NCBI GenBank assembly: GCA_965655795.1
Contig: CBFHHY010000009.1
Location: 169-64,168, forward strand
Length of the DNA stretch: 64,000 bases
Source of the DNA: an uncultured Schleiferiaceae bacterium
Lineage (GTDB): Bacteria; Bacteroidota; Bacteroidia; Flavobacteriales; Schleiferiaceae
Direction of reading: 5' to 3'
The notes below the pieces were generated by a model. The model saw only the letters and a list, made by a program, of their open reading frames with translations. It searched no databases and had not been told where the DNA came from. The translations under genes and the position numbers were made by a program. Shown piece after piece: positions 29,922 through 39,840 of the stretch. How positions within the stretch are numbered: the stretch's first letter is position 1; each line of letters opens with the position of its first letter.

Positions 29922-30696
29922 GATTAGGGGGTATATTAAAAGGGAACTTAAGTGCCTCTTGGTATTTTTTTGATTTAGACAAAAATTCCAGCTTACCATT
30001 TCCCTGAGGAGATGTGAATATTAAGTCCCAACCTCCGTCTATTTTATATGTAATCTCAAGCATTAAAAACTCTTTTGATAAAAATATTTTTTGACTCAAT
30101 AACTCGTGTTTATAGTCAGAATTAAATTCCAAACTAAGCTCTCCAGAATATTTGTCTCTTTTAAATGGGAAATTTAAAAGCCATTTTTCTTTGGTGAAGT
30201 CCATATTCGCAATCATAAAATTTTCTGGCCATTCTATTACTTCCCTAGAAACAATATTTATAATATCTTGGACATTTATGGGAATATCTAATTCGTTTAA
30301 TCTTGAAAAAGGCACATCAATGTATTTATTTAAAATATTTGCATACCCTTGAATACTATCATTTGTTATAATTAATCTAGCAAGCTTTAGTCCCATTAAT
30401 GGATCTGAAATATCTAGCCAAAGTTTTTTAAACTCATCTTTCCTGAGTCTAAAGTCTAGCTTCCCTTTGTAGCTTTTTTGATCAAATCTTATCGTTCCAT
30501 TTCCCTTTAAGCGCTGAAAAGGATATACTATCGCAGAGTTTTCAGAATTCGCTTTTAATTCTGAAAGTGCATCAATAACTCTTCTTCGCGCAGGCTCCTC
30601 CATTGTCTCTAATTTATCTATTTTACCAATTAATCCGCAACCAAATAGGGAACAGCTGAAAAGCACAGAAATAAAAAATGACTTAACGTTTTTCAC
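29902..30696 (-). CDS. Lipoprotein of unknown function, possibly DUF4292 (LolA/LolB-like fold)
   Basis: It has a lipobox (LFSCSLFGCG) and a GTG start. Its position between a TPR protein and EnvC-like matches a conserved Bacteroidota arrangement I recall. The family name is not verified. Confidence 0.5.
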   Translation of the reverse strand: MKNVKSFFISVLFSCSLFGCGLIGKIDKLETMEEPARRRVIDALSELKANSENSAIVYPFQRLKGNGTIRFDQKSYKGKLDFRLRKDEFKKLWLDISDPLMGLKLARLIITNDSIQGYANILNKYIDVPFSRLNELDIPINVQDIINIVSREVIEWPENFMIANMDFTKEKWLLNFPFKRDKYSGELSLEFNSDYKHELLSQKIFLSKEFLMLEITYKIDGGWDLIFTSPQGNGKLEFLSKSKKYQEALKFPFNIPPNHARLDF

Positions 30697-30708
30697 GGCA
30701 ATACAAAT

Positions 30709-31734
30709 TTACCACTGCAATAGGGTATTTATCTCTCTACTAAGCTGATCTTCTTTCATCCCATTTTCAATTGCATGCTTACAATACAATTCAAACTTCT
30801 CTTTTTGTTCAGTTTTTAAAAAAATCGCTGCCGCAATGACATATGGTCTTGCTTCATTTGGATTAGACTGGATATTCCATTGGGCCCATTTTGATACCAT
30901 TTCCCAACCGCTATCCGAAACCTTTGATTCTCTGAGCCTATTCATCGCATTCACGATTAATGTTGATTTGATATCAATCTTAATATCTGAATTCATAACT
31001 AGCCTTTTAAAATAAAAGTCCGCTATGTCTTCTTTGCCAAAGGCATGAGAGGCATCTATAAATGCTATTTTTACGGGAAGAGCATCCGGAAATAAGAGCA
31101 CTAACCTTTTGAGGAAAATATAAGCTTCATAATTCTGTCCAATTCTATTCAAGGTATTTACATAAAGCAATGAGCCGTTGATAACATCACCTGATTTTAA
31201 AATATAATCATTCACATATGTTAAAGAGCTATCCTTGAAGTTGAGGTTCAAAAAGACATTACGAATTGCTAAAGCCGTCTGATAATTCCGTCCGAAGAAT
31301 TCTTCGCTTTTTTTTAAAAAATATATTGCGTTAGTATTATCATTTAAATCGAGTGAAATATTTATGCAGTCCGCTAATACTTGATAATCAGCTGACTTCG
31401 AGCAAACTAATAACCTACCATAAAATAGTAATTCTTCTTTTTTACCTATTCCTCGATTAAATCCATATAGGGAATATAAAGATGGAATATTTACAACCCC
31501 AATCCCCAGCGATGATTTAACACGAAGTTTTGCTTTTGACAAAAACTTATCTGCCGATTTCAAATCATCTTTAATCAAAAAATACTTGCCGCGATTAATG
31601 AAGCGATTAAACTTTTTATCTAGACGATAGTCAAAAGTCAAGGAATCACAATCAACTCCAATAGTTTGTGAGCGGAGTATTCCAAAAAAGAAAAAAACAC
31701 CGCAACATAATATTGTCTTAAATACCGAGAGCAT
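30709..31734 (-). CDS. Signal-peptide protein with TPR-like helical repeats, unknown function
   Basis: 341 aa with an N-terminal hydrophobic signal and a helical-repeat character (repeated Y/F/L-rich, roughly 34-aa segments). I recognise no catalytic motif. Confidence 0.45.
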   Translation of the reverse strand: MLSVFKTILCCGVFFFFGILRSQTIGVDCDSLTFDYRLDKKFNRFINRGKYFLIKDDLKSADKFLSKAKLRVKSSLGIGVVNIPSLYSLYGFNRGIGKKEELLFYGRLLVCSKSADYQVLADCINISLDLNDNTNAIYFLKKSEEFFGRNYQTALAIRNVFLNLNFKDSSLTYVNDYILKSGDVINGSLLYVNTLNRIGQNYEAYIFLKRLVLLFPDALPVKIAFIDASHAFGKEDIADFYFKRLVMNSDIKIDIKSTLIVNAMNRLRESKVSDSGWEMVSKWAQWNIQSNPNEARPYVIAAAIFLKTEQKEKFELYCKHAIENGMKEDQLSREINTLLQW

Positions 31735-31736
31735 AA

Positions 31737-32744
31737 CTAGCCTTGTAAACGACTAAAGTCTCCCAAATCTAATGATCGATATTCCGAATCAGCTGTGACA
31801 TTCATTCCGATCATAGAGTAATCTAAATTGAGATTTTTTAAGGTACTTTTTTCTCTAATTATTGAATTTTCAATATGGCAATTATCGATTTTGCAGTCTT
31901 CATAAATACTCACGTTGGGACCTACCGTCGAATTAATAATAGTGACATTTGAGGCTATGAAACAAGGCTCTATTATTTTAGAATTCTGTAAAATCAAATT
32001 TTCTGGCTCGTACTGAACTATATCCTTTTCAAACTCGAGAACATTAGTGTTTGTCATTATCATAGCCTCTTTATTTCCGCAATCCATCCAAGAATCAACT
32101 TTCCCTGTTGTTAGTTTTAGGCCATTATTTTGCATGTTTTCTAACGCATCTGTGATTTGATATTCACCGCCCTTTTTGATATTATTCTCTAAAATATATT
32201 CAAGCTCATTCTTAAGTATTCTACCCTCTTTAAAATAATAGATTCCAATAATTGCTAGGTCACTTATAAAATTTTTTGGCTTCTCTACAAATCCTTCAAT
32301 TGCGCCCTGACTATCAAGCTTCACAACACCAAAAGCCTCCGGGTTTTTTATTTTACTGACCCATATAACTGCATCGGAGGTTAAATCCAACTCAAATTTT
32401 GCGCGAAATAAAGTGTCAGCAAATGCTACCACAATAGGCCCTCTCAAAATTTCTTTAGCACAATAAATTGCATGAGCCGTCCCTAGAGGTTCATTTTGAT
32501 GTAGAATTAGACCTTCTGCCCCAACTTCTTTTGCGACACCAAGGAGCATTTCTTCAACCTCCAAACCAAAATCTCCAATAATAAAGGCAATCTGATCTAA
32601 TTCTCGGACTACAGTTTGAGATATATCTTCAACGAGTCTCTTTACAATTGGCTTTCCCGCAATCGGAAGTAAAGGCTTTGGAGTCAGTAAAGTATGAGGT
32701 CTGAGCCTGGAGCCTCTGCCTGCCATTGGAATAATGATATTCAT
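31737..32744 (-). CDS. Sugar-phosphate nucleotidyltransferase with C-terminal left-handed beta-helix
   Basis: The N-terminus IIPMAGRGSRLRPHTLLTPKPLLPIAGKPIV is the NTP-transferase signature. The C-terminus contains hexapeptide-repeat-like segments. Confidence 0.85.
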   Translation of the reverse strand: MNIIIPMAGRGSRLRPHTLLTPKPLLPIAGKPIVKRLVEDISQTVVRELDQIAFIIGDFGLEVEEMLLGVAKEVGAEGLILHQNEPLGTAHAIYCAKEILRGPIVVAFADTLFRAKFELDLTSDAVIWVSKIKNPEAFGVVKLDSQGAIEGFVEKPKNFISDLAIIGIYYFKEGRILKNELEYILENNIKKGGEYQITDALENMQNNGLKLTTGKVDSWMDCGNKEAMIMTNTNVLEFEKDIVQYEPENLILQNSKIIEPCFIASNVTIINSTVGPNVSIYEDCKIDNCHIENSIIREKSTLKNLNLDYSMIGMNVTADSEYRSLDLGDFSRLQG

Positions 32745-32759
32745 TTTTGATTTAATTTT

Positions 32760-33194
32760 TTATTTTTTCCCACTATGACCAAACCCCCCTTGACCTCTCT
32801 GAGTATCATCTAAAGTTTCTGATTTCTGCCATTCTACATGATCATATTTTGCAATCAATAATTGTGCTATTCTGTCACCTGATTTTACGCAAAAAATTTT
32901 ATCGCCGTGATTTATTAGTATAACACCTATATCACCTCTGTAGTCTGAGTCAATTGTACCCGGAGCGTTTAAGACAGTTAAACCATGCTTAAGAGCAAGT
33001 CCTGAACGGGGCCTAACCTGAGCTTCAAATCCTTTTGGAAGAGCTAATTTCAGCCCTGTTGATATTAATTTTCTTTGCCCCGGGTGAATATTTATTTCTT
33101 CGCTCAGGTTTGCACGTAAATCCATACCCGCACTACCGTCGGAAACATACTCTGGAAGGTCATTCGACGAGCTATTGATAACTTTAATTTTCAT
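32760..33194 (-). CDS. dut: dUTP diphosphatase
   Basis: 144 aa with GSAGMDL, RSGLALKHG, GTIDSDYRGDIGVILIN and GGFGHSG. Confidence 0.95.
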   Translation of the reverse strand: MKIKVINSSSNDLPEYVSDGSAGMDLRANLSEEINIHPGQRKLISTGLKLALPKGFEAQVRPRSGLALKHGLTVLNAPGTIDSDYRGDIGVILINHGDKIFCVKSGDRIAQLLIAKYDHVEWQKSETLDDTQRGQGGFGHSGKK

Positions 33195-33211
33195 AAAACT
33201 ATTTTATTAAT

Positions 33212-34621
33212 TTATTGACGAAAAATCTTTCGCTCTGAAAATATTACAATGATTATCATTAACACCAGGGCGCCAAAAGAATAAAAGTAGTTCACCATAT
33301 TTTTTGATGCAACCCAGCCCAAAATTATCCCCGATACCAAATACAAAATTATCTTACCAAAATCATACGGCACTTGATAATGAAATTGCCCCAGTAAAAT
33401 CGAAAGAACTGTCATTCCAAAATAACTTAATAATGTTGTCCAAGCAGCCCCTTCTATTCCCAGAATTGGGATCAAAAATATATTGCCCACAACCGTTATT
33501 ACTAATCCCACCATTGTAATATATAAACCTAAATATGTTTTATCTGTCAGCTTATACCACATGGAAATTTGAGTGTTCATGGATAAAAAAACGTTTGCCA
33601 AAAGTAAAATGTATAATAACGGTAATGAATCCCAATACTTTGAATCAATAAAAAACTTAATGCCATCTAAACCTGAAAGAACAGCAACCATACCAATACA
33701 CAAAATACCAGTAAATAATCTTAAGACAACCGCCATTTGATTTTTAGTGTTTTCTGACTTTTTAAAGAAATATGGTTCCGCTGCATAGCGAAAAGCTTGA
33801 TTAAATAAAATCAAGAAGATCGAAAGCTTATAAATCGCAGAATATGTTCCTACATCTTCTTTAGATGTGGATATTGGCATAAGGTATTCAATAAAAAACC
33901 TATCAGCCATTTCGTTAGCGATTCCAGGAAGTCCGGCAAGCAACAAAGGGAACCCAAACAAAATCATTGTTTTCCAAATTTTCAAATCAAAAATTTTCTT
34001 GATAGCAAAAAATTCTGGAGCCAAAAGAATCATCATAAAAGCACTAGCTAATAAATTTGAAAATAATACCCATCCAACTTTCCATTCCGGTAATTTATAA
34101 CCCACATTGGGCAAAAAAAGAAAAATTACATAGCACAAAAGAAAATTAATTCCGATTTGACTAATCTTAATAATAATAAACCGCCTTGCCTTTCTTTGAG
34201 CCCTTAAACGAGCAAAAGGAACTGCGCATACCGCATCCATAGCAACGATCCATCCCATCCAAAGAATCAAATAAGGTCTATCAGAAAGATGCAATAACTG
34301 AGAAATTGGAACGTAGCAAATCCATAAAACGATTAAAAAAACGACAGTGCTAATAATTAATGACCACATTGCTGTCGAATAAACCCTAAATTCCTCAAAA
34401 CCTTTTTTTTGACTGAATCTAAAATATGCTGTTTCAAATCCATATGTTAAAATGACCATCAAAAAGGCTATGGAAACATATAAAAGAGAATTTACTCCAT
34501 ATTCACTTTTAGACAAAACCATCGTAAGCAGAGGTGTTAAAGCAAAATTCAATAAACGAGCTACAATACTACTAAGCCCATATAAAGCGGTATCTCCAAA
34601 TAAACTCTTTAGGCCTGCCAT
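33212..34621 (-). CDS. Polysaccharide/lipid-linked oligosaccharide flippase (Wzx/MOP superfamily)
   Basis: 469 aa with about 12-14 hydrophobic helices and an N-terminus typical of polysaccharide biosynthesis proteins. Confidence 0.8.
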   Translation of the reverse strand: MAGLKSLFGDTALYGLSSIVARLLNFALTPLLTMVLSKSEYGVNSLLYVSIAFLMVILTYGFETAYFRFSQKKGFEEFRVYSTAMWSLIISTVVFLIVLWICYVPISQLLHLSDRPYLILWMGWIVAMDAVCAVPFARLRAQRKARRFIIIKISQIGINFLLCYVIFLFLPNVGYKLPEWKVGWVLFSNLLASAFMMILLAPEFFAIKKIFDLKIWKTMILFGFPLLLAGLPGIANEMADRFFIEYLMPISTSKEDVGTYSAIYKLSIFLILFNQAFRYAAEPYFFKKSENTKNQMAVVLRLFTGILCIGMVAVLSGLDGIKFFIDSKYWDSLPLLYILLLANVFLSMNTQISMWYKLTDKTYLGLYITMVGLVITVVGNIFLIPILGIEGAAWTTLLSYFGMTVLSILLGQFHYQVPYDFGKIILYLVSGIILGWVASKNMVNYFYSFGALVLMIIIVIFSERKIFRQ

Positions 34622-34625
34622 ATCT

Positions 34626-34633
34626 CAAAGATA
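34626..34633 (-). promoter_or_regulatory. Candidate -7 box (TATCTTTG) abutting the flippase start codon
   Basis: The plus strand reads CAAAGATA. Only 4 nt separate the box from the ATG at 34621, which implies a leaderless or near-leaderless mRNA. Confidence 0.3.
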
Positions 34634-34683
34634 CGTGTAGCGGTCGGCCCCTTACAGAAATATTTTAATAATATCTTTAGCTT

Positions 34684-35691
34684 ATGCATTCGTATTTTAC
34701 TTCTTTCAAAAAAGCCCAAATATTAGATAATCGTTATAATGAAATATCTAAATTTCTTCATAAAACCCCGGTATTAACCTCAAATTCAATTAACACCGAA
34801 GTAGGTTCTTCCCTTTATTTTAAATGTGAAAATTTTCAAAAATCCGGAGCATTTAAAATGAGAGGTGTAAGTAATGCGATATTTGAGTTAGTGAAAAACA
34901 GGGGAATTACAAAAGGCCTAATTGCCCATTCTTCAGGAAATCATGGACAAGCATTGGCTTGGGCAGCAAAAAAACATAAAATCCCTTGTATCATCGTAAT
35001 GCCAGAAAATGCTTCTGAATTTAAAAAAAAAGCCATTCGAGCAGCTGGAGCAAAAATCCATGAGTGTGAATCAAATATTGCATCAAGGATAAGTTCTGTC
35101 AAAAAAATAATTTCAAAACTTGGGTTTACAGAAATACATCCAAGTAACCAACCATCCGTAATTTTAGGTCAAGGTTCAGCAGCATGGGAATTGCTTAAAT
35201 ATTGTAAAAGTCATAATATCAACTTAGACTTTATCGGTGTGCCAATAGGTGGTGGTGGCCTGGCCGCGGGCTCTTGTTTTTCAGTTGCCATCTGGAACAA
35301 ACTTCATGGCACCTCAACAAAAGTTTTTGGGGCTGAACCTACAGGAGCAGATGACGCCTACCGAAGTCTCAAATCTGGTAAAATTGAACGTAATGAAAAT
35401 CCTGTAACCTTAGCTGATGGATTAAGAACTGAATTAGGTGATGTGAATTTTCCTCTTATCCAAGATTTAATTCATTCTATCTATTTAGTTTCAGATTCAG
35501 AAATAATAAACGGACAAATTAAATTGATAGAGAGACTTAAAATCATGATCGAAAGTAATTGCTCTCCGCCATTCTCTGCTGTTCAAAAAAACAAAGATGA
35601 TTTTAAAGGGAAAAAAACTGGAATTATACTATCCGGAGGAAATATTGATTTGAAAAATTCAAAATGGTTTATTGAAAATAAGAAAGGTTGA
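34684..35691 (+). CDS. PLP-dependent threonine/serine dehydratase (short form, no ACT domain)
   Basis: PLP-lysine motif ENFQKSGAFKMRG, SSGNHGQALA, and glycine loop GGGGLAAG. Confidence 0.85.
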   Translation: MHSYFTSFKKAQILDNRYNEISKFLHKTPVLTSNSINTEVGSSLYFKCENFQKSGAFKMRGVSNAIFELVKNRGITKGLIAHSSGNHGQALAWAAKKHKIPCIIVMPENASEFKKKAIRAAGAKIHECESNIASRISSVKKIISKLGFTEIHPSNQPSVILGQGSAAWELLKYCKSHNINLDFIGVPIGGGGLAAGSCFSVAIWNKLHGTSTKVFGAEPTGADDAYRSLKSGKIERNENPVTLADGLRTELGDVNFPLIQDLIHSIYLVSDSEIINGQIKLIERLKIMIESNCSPPFSAVQKNKDDFKGKKTGIILSGGNIDLKNSKWFIENKKG

Positions 35692-35697
35692 AAATAG

Positions 35698-35724
35698 AAA
35701 ACGTCGCATTTTCAGCGACGTTTT
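35698..35724 (+). terminator. Intrinsic terminator after the dehydratase gene
   Basis: Stem AAAACGTCGC / GCGACGTTTT with a 7-nt loop and a T-run on the 3' arm. It starts 7 nt after the stop codon. Confidence 0.75.
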
Positions 35725-35934
35725 ACAACCCTTGATGAATCTTTCTTGAATTAGATTCATATCAAATATCGTAAAAATATTTGACTTATTGTACAAATCA
35801 CCTTAAGTTTAATCGAATAAGATTAATTTTTGATACAATAATTACCAAATAACCAATTAAAACTTATTAATTATCTCAAAAACTAAAACCTTGACAACAT
35901 AAAAATATCTGTTTCTGTCAAGTGGCAAATTAGG

Positions 35935-35942
35935 TACTTTTG
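35935..35942 (+). promoter_or_regulatory. Candidate -7 box (TACTTTTG) for ridA-ileS
   Basis: Exact TAnnTTTG match, 6 nt upstream of the ridA ATG. The same GTACTTTT core recurs upstream of secA, tatA and the dksA-like gene. Confidence 0.35.
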
Positions 35943-35948
35943 TAAACT

Positions 35949-36386
35949 ATGAGTTCAAAAAAAAAAACAGCAGATTCCCAAGCCCCATTGCCTGTGGGTA
36001 ACTATCCTATGACACGACGTTCAGGAAATTTAATATTCATGTCTGGCGTCGGGCCCAGAAAGCCAAAAAGCGGAACAGAATCATCTTCAGTTCCTGGCTT
36101 AACAATGAACAGTAACGGTGAAATTATAGATTATGACTTTGCTCAACAAGTTCACGCTGTTTTTAAAAATGTTCGCATTATTCTTTTAGAATCTGGCTAT
36201 GCTTGGGAAAACCTAATTGATATAACTGTCTTTTTAACGGATATGAAAAAAGACTTTCACGTTTTCAATGATATCTATTCTGATTATTTCAAAGACCTAA
36301 AAGTGAAGCCATGCAGAACGACTGTAGAAGTTTTGTCTCTTCCTACGCCCATTGCCATTGAACTTAAATGCATTGCGTCACTATGA
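35949..36386 (+). CDS. ridA: RidA/YjgF-family reactive enamine/imine deaminase
   Basis: 145 aa with a YjgF/L-PSP fold signature near the C-terminus (PCRTTVEVLSLPTPIAIELKCIA). Confidence 0.85.
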   Translation: MSSKKKTADSQAPLPVGNYPMTRRSGNLIFMSGVGPRKPKSGTESSSVPGLTMNSNGEIIDYDFAQQVHAVFKNVRIILLESGYAWENLIDITVFLTDMKKDFHVFNDIYSDYFKDLKVKPCRTTVEVLSLPTPIAIELKCIASL

Positions 36387-39300
36387 AAAATTTATTCCCA
36401 GAACGTGGGTCACTGAATCTTCCAGTAATTCAGAAAAAAATATTAAAATCTTGGCAAGAGAATAATGTATTCAGGGATTCAGTTCGAAAAGGTTCCCCGG
36501 AATTTGTCTTTTATGAGGGGCCGCCCTCTGCCAATGGGCTTCCTGGCATTCATCATGTTATGGCCCGGTCAATAAAAGATTTATTCTGTAGGTATAAAAC
36601 TCAAAAAGGATTTAGAGTTGAGCGCCGTGCAGGCTGGGACACTCATGGCTTGCCAGTTGAGCTCGGTGTTGAAAAGGCTCTTGGAATTACCAAAGAAGAT
36701 ATTGGGGGAAAAATAACTATCGAAGAATATAACCTAGCCTGTAAAGAGGCTGTTATGAAATATACAGGGATTTGGAACGACTTAACAGAGAAGATGGGTT
36801 ATTGGGTAGATATGGAAAATCCATACGTGACATATAAATCTAAATATATAGAATCGGTTTGGTGGATCCTTTCCAACATTTATAATAAAGGGCTTATTTA
36901 CAAGGGTTATACAATTCAGCCCTACTCTCCCAAAGCTGGAACCGGATTGAGTTCTCATGAATTAAATCAACCAGGGTGCTACCGGGATATTAAAGATGTT
37001 AGTGCAACAGCACTATTTAAAATTCTACCATCTAATCAAAGTATAAAGCTGTTTGGTAATTCTACGGTTCATTTTATGGCTTGGACAACTACTCCATGGA
37101 CACTTCCGTCTAACACAGCCTTAACGATAGGAAAAAAGATTGAATACAGTAGGATATCCACTTTTAATCCATATACAAAACAGAAGCAAGAAATAGTAAT
37201 TGCAACAGATCTTATATCTAAATATTTTAAGCAAGAAGATGAAAATATTAAAGATGGCCCAATAGAAAAATCTCTACCATGGTCAATTATATCTAAGCAT
37301 AGAGGTGAAGAGTTTATTGGCTTACGATATGAGCCTTTACTAAATTATGCCGTGCCTTTTGAAAATGCTGAAAATGCTTACCAGATTATTCCAGGCGACT
37401 TCGTGACAACACAAGACGGAACTGGAGTTGTTCACACAGCCCCAACTTTTGGAGCTGATGATGCTCAAGTTGCCAAAGAGTTTGGTGTGCCTCCCATGCT
37501 AATTCAAGATAAGTTCGAAAATCTTGTTCCATTAGTTGATCTTCAAGGAAAATTTGTGGATTGCATGGGAGATTTAGCTGGGAAGTATGTAAAAATCGAA
37601 TATTATTCAAAAGAGAATAAACCTGAGCTAAGCGTAGATGAAGAAATTTGCATAAAATTAAAAAAAGAAGGTAAAGCGTTTCGGGTTCAAAAATATTCAC
37701 ATAGCTACCCTCATTGTTGGAGAACAGACATGCCCATCCTATACTACCCTATGGACAGCTGGTTTGTAAAAACTACTGCGATGAAGGAGAAGCTGAAAGA
37801 GTTAAATAAAGAGATTCTTTGGAAGCCCGAGTCAACAGGAACTGGAAGGTTTGGAAACTGGTTAGAGAATTTAAATGATTGGAATCTAAGTCGCAGTAGA
37901 TATTGGGGGATTCCACTTCCCATATGGAGAACTGCGGATGGAAAAGAAGAGAAAATAATAGATTCGATTCAGATGCTCAAGGAAGAGCTAGAAATAAGCG
38001 CCAAAAACGGCATAATGAATACAAACCCCCTTAAAAGTTTTTCTCCAGGAGATTTTAGCGAACTGAATTATTCTCAAATAGATCTTCACAAACCTCATGT
38101 AGACGATTGGGTTCTTTCATCGTCAAAAAATGAGCCTATGTACCGAGAATCTGATCTAATCGATGTTTGGTTTGACTCTGGCTCTATGCCTTATGCTCAA
38201 TTACATTACCCATTTGAAAATAAAGATCTAATTGATCTAAAAAAGTCATTCCCTGCAGATTTTATTGCTGAAGGGGTAGATCAAACAAGAGGGTGGTTTT
38301 TTACAATGCACGCAATTGCCGGATTATCTTTTGATTCAGTTGCTTTTAAAACAGTTATCTCTAATGGGCTCGTGTTAGATAAGACAGGCCAAAAAATGTC
38401 TAAGCGTTTAGGTAATGCCATTGACCCTTTTGATGCAATAGAAGAGAATGGAGCTGATGCCCTTAGATGGTATATGATAACGAATTCTCAACCTTGGGAT
38501 AACCTTAAATTCGATTTCGATGGGGTAAAAGAAACACAACGAAAATTTTTTGGGACTCTTCAAAACACTTATAACTTTTTTTCATTGTATGCAAATGTTG
38601 ACGAGTTTGATCCTGAACAGTCTGATGCTCCAAATGAAGGTTTGTTAGAGATAGACCAATGGATTTTATCAAGACTAAATAGCCTAATTGAGGATGTGTC
38701 AAATAATTTAGATGCTTTTGAACCAACTAAAGCATACCGTCAAATAAGTGATTTTGTCCAAAATGAATTAAGTAATTGGTATGTTCGCCTTTGCAGAAGG
38801 AGGTTTTGGAAGGGTGAAATGGGGTCAGATAAGTTAGCTGCTTACCAAACACTTTTCACTTGCCTAGATAGCATTTCAAAAATGATAGCTCCCGTTTCCC
38901 CATTTTTTGCGGATCAGCTATACCAAGATTTGAATCAAACAACTTCTTCCGTTCACCTCACTGATTTTCCTACCTCAGATAAGTCTAAAATCAATAAAAA
39001 TCTTGAACGTAAAATGAGACTTGCTCAGTCCATGAGCTCTCTGGTTCTAAGCATAAGAAAGAAAGAAAAAATACGTGTTAGGCAACCAATTTCTAGGATT
39101 ATTGTTCCTGTGCTTAATGCAAAACAAGAAAACGATATTCAATCCATCAATTCTCTCGTTTTGTCTGAAGTTAATGCAAAAAAAATAGAGCTTGTCAAAG
39201 AGAATTCTGGATTTTTTATTAAAAGCGGTAAACCCAATTTTAGAAGCTTAGGAAGAAAAGCTGGAAGTTCAATGAATGAACTCGCTAATGCAATTCGAAA

Positions 39301-39748
39301 TTTAACACCTGACGAATTAAAAAATCTAGAAGAAAATCAATCACTAAAAATTCAATTATCAAAATCAAGTTTTTCTTTGACTTTAGACGATGTTGAAATA
39401 ATAACAAATGACATACCAGGAATGATGGTTGCCTCAGATCAAGGATTAACTATAGCTGTCGACTTGACTTTGACTCCTTCTTTAATTCAAGAAGGGATCG
39501 CTAGGGAAGTAGTGAATAGAATCCAGGCCGCTAGAAAAGAACAGGGATTTGACATTACAGATAGAGTTATTCTATGGATAGAAAGTGACTCAGAAGTAAT
39601 AAAATCAATAAAAGAAAATTCAGAATATGTTTGCAGTGAGGTATTAGCAATAAAAATTAATTATCAAACATCTAATGCTCTTAATGTAAGACTAAATTCC
39701 TCAGAATTAAATGGGCATTCTTTAAAGTTTGGTCTAATGAAATCATGA
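36383..39748 (+). CDS. ileS: Isoleucine--tRNA ligase, type 2 (eukaryote-like)
   Basis: HIGH region PPSANGLPGIHHV, KMSKS as KMSKRL, a CP1 editing domain and the long type-2 C-terminus are present. The ATG at 36383 overlaps the ridA TGA (ATGA). The ORF-track start at 36368 is unlikely. Confidence 0.97.
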   Translation: MKNLFPERGSLNLPVIQKKILKSWQENNVFRDSVRKGSPEFVFYEGPPSANGLPGIHHVMARSIKDLFCRYKTQKGFRVERRAGWDTHGLPVELGVEKALGITKEDIGGKITIEEYNLACKEAVMKYTGIWNDLTEKMGYWVDMENPYVTYKSKYIESVWWILSNIYNKGLIYKGYTIQPYSPKAGTGLSSHELNQPGCYRDIKDVSATALFKILPSNQSIKLFGNSTVHFMAWTTTPWTLPSNTALTIGKKIEYSRISTFNPYTKQKQEIVIATDLISKYFKQEDENIKDGPIEKSLPWSIISKHRGEEFIGLRYEPLLNYAVPFENAENAYQIIPGDFVTTQDGTGVVHTAPTFGADDAQVAKEFGVPPMLIQDKFENLVPLVDLQGKFVDCMGDLAGKYVKIEYYSKENKPELSVDEEICIKLKKEGKAFRVQKYSHSYPHCWRTDMPILYYPMDSWFVKTTAMKEKLKELNKEILWKPESTGTGRFGNWLENLNDWNLSRSRYWGIPLPIWRTADGKEEKIIDSIQMLKEELEISAKNGIMNTNPLKSFSPGDFSELNYSQIDLHKPHVDDWVLSSSKNEPMYRESDLIDVWFDSGSMPYAQLHYPFENKDLIDLKKSFPADFIAEGVDQTRGWFFTMHAIAGLSFDSVAFKTVISNGLVLDKTGQKMSKRLGNAIDPFDAIEENGADALRWYMITNSQPWDNLKFDFDGVKETQRKFFGTLQNTYNFFSLYANVDEFDPEQSDAPNEGLLEIDQWILSRLNSLIEDVSNNLDAFEPTKAYRQISDFVQNELSNWYVRLCRRRFWKGEMGSDKLAAYQTLFTCLDSISKMIAPVSPFFADQLYQDLNQTTSSVHLTDFPTSDKSKINKNLERKMRLAQSMSSLVLSIRKKEKIRVRQPISRIIVPVLNAKQENDIQSINSLVLSEVNAKKIELVKENSGFFIKSGKPNFRSLGRKAGSSMNELANAIRNLTPDELKNLEENQSLKIQLSKSSFSLTLDDVEIITNDIPGMMVASDQGLTIAVDLTLTPSLIQEGIAREVVNRIQAARKEQGFDITDRVILWIESDSEVIKSIKENSEYVCSEVLAIKINYQTSNALNVRLNSSELNGHSLKFGLMKS

Positions 39749-39840
39749 TTTCAACGTATATTGAATAATCAAAAGTACTTTTCAAAGTAAATTATTCTTA
39801 TTTAACTATATTCGAAATTAAGAAGCTTATTAATAGGACT

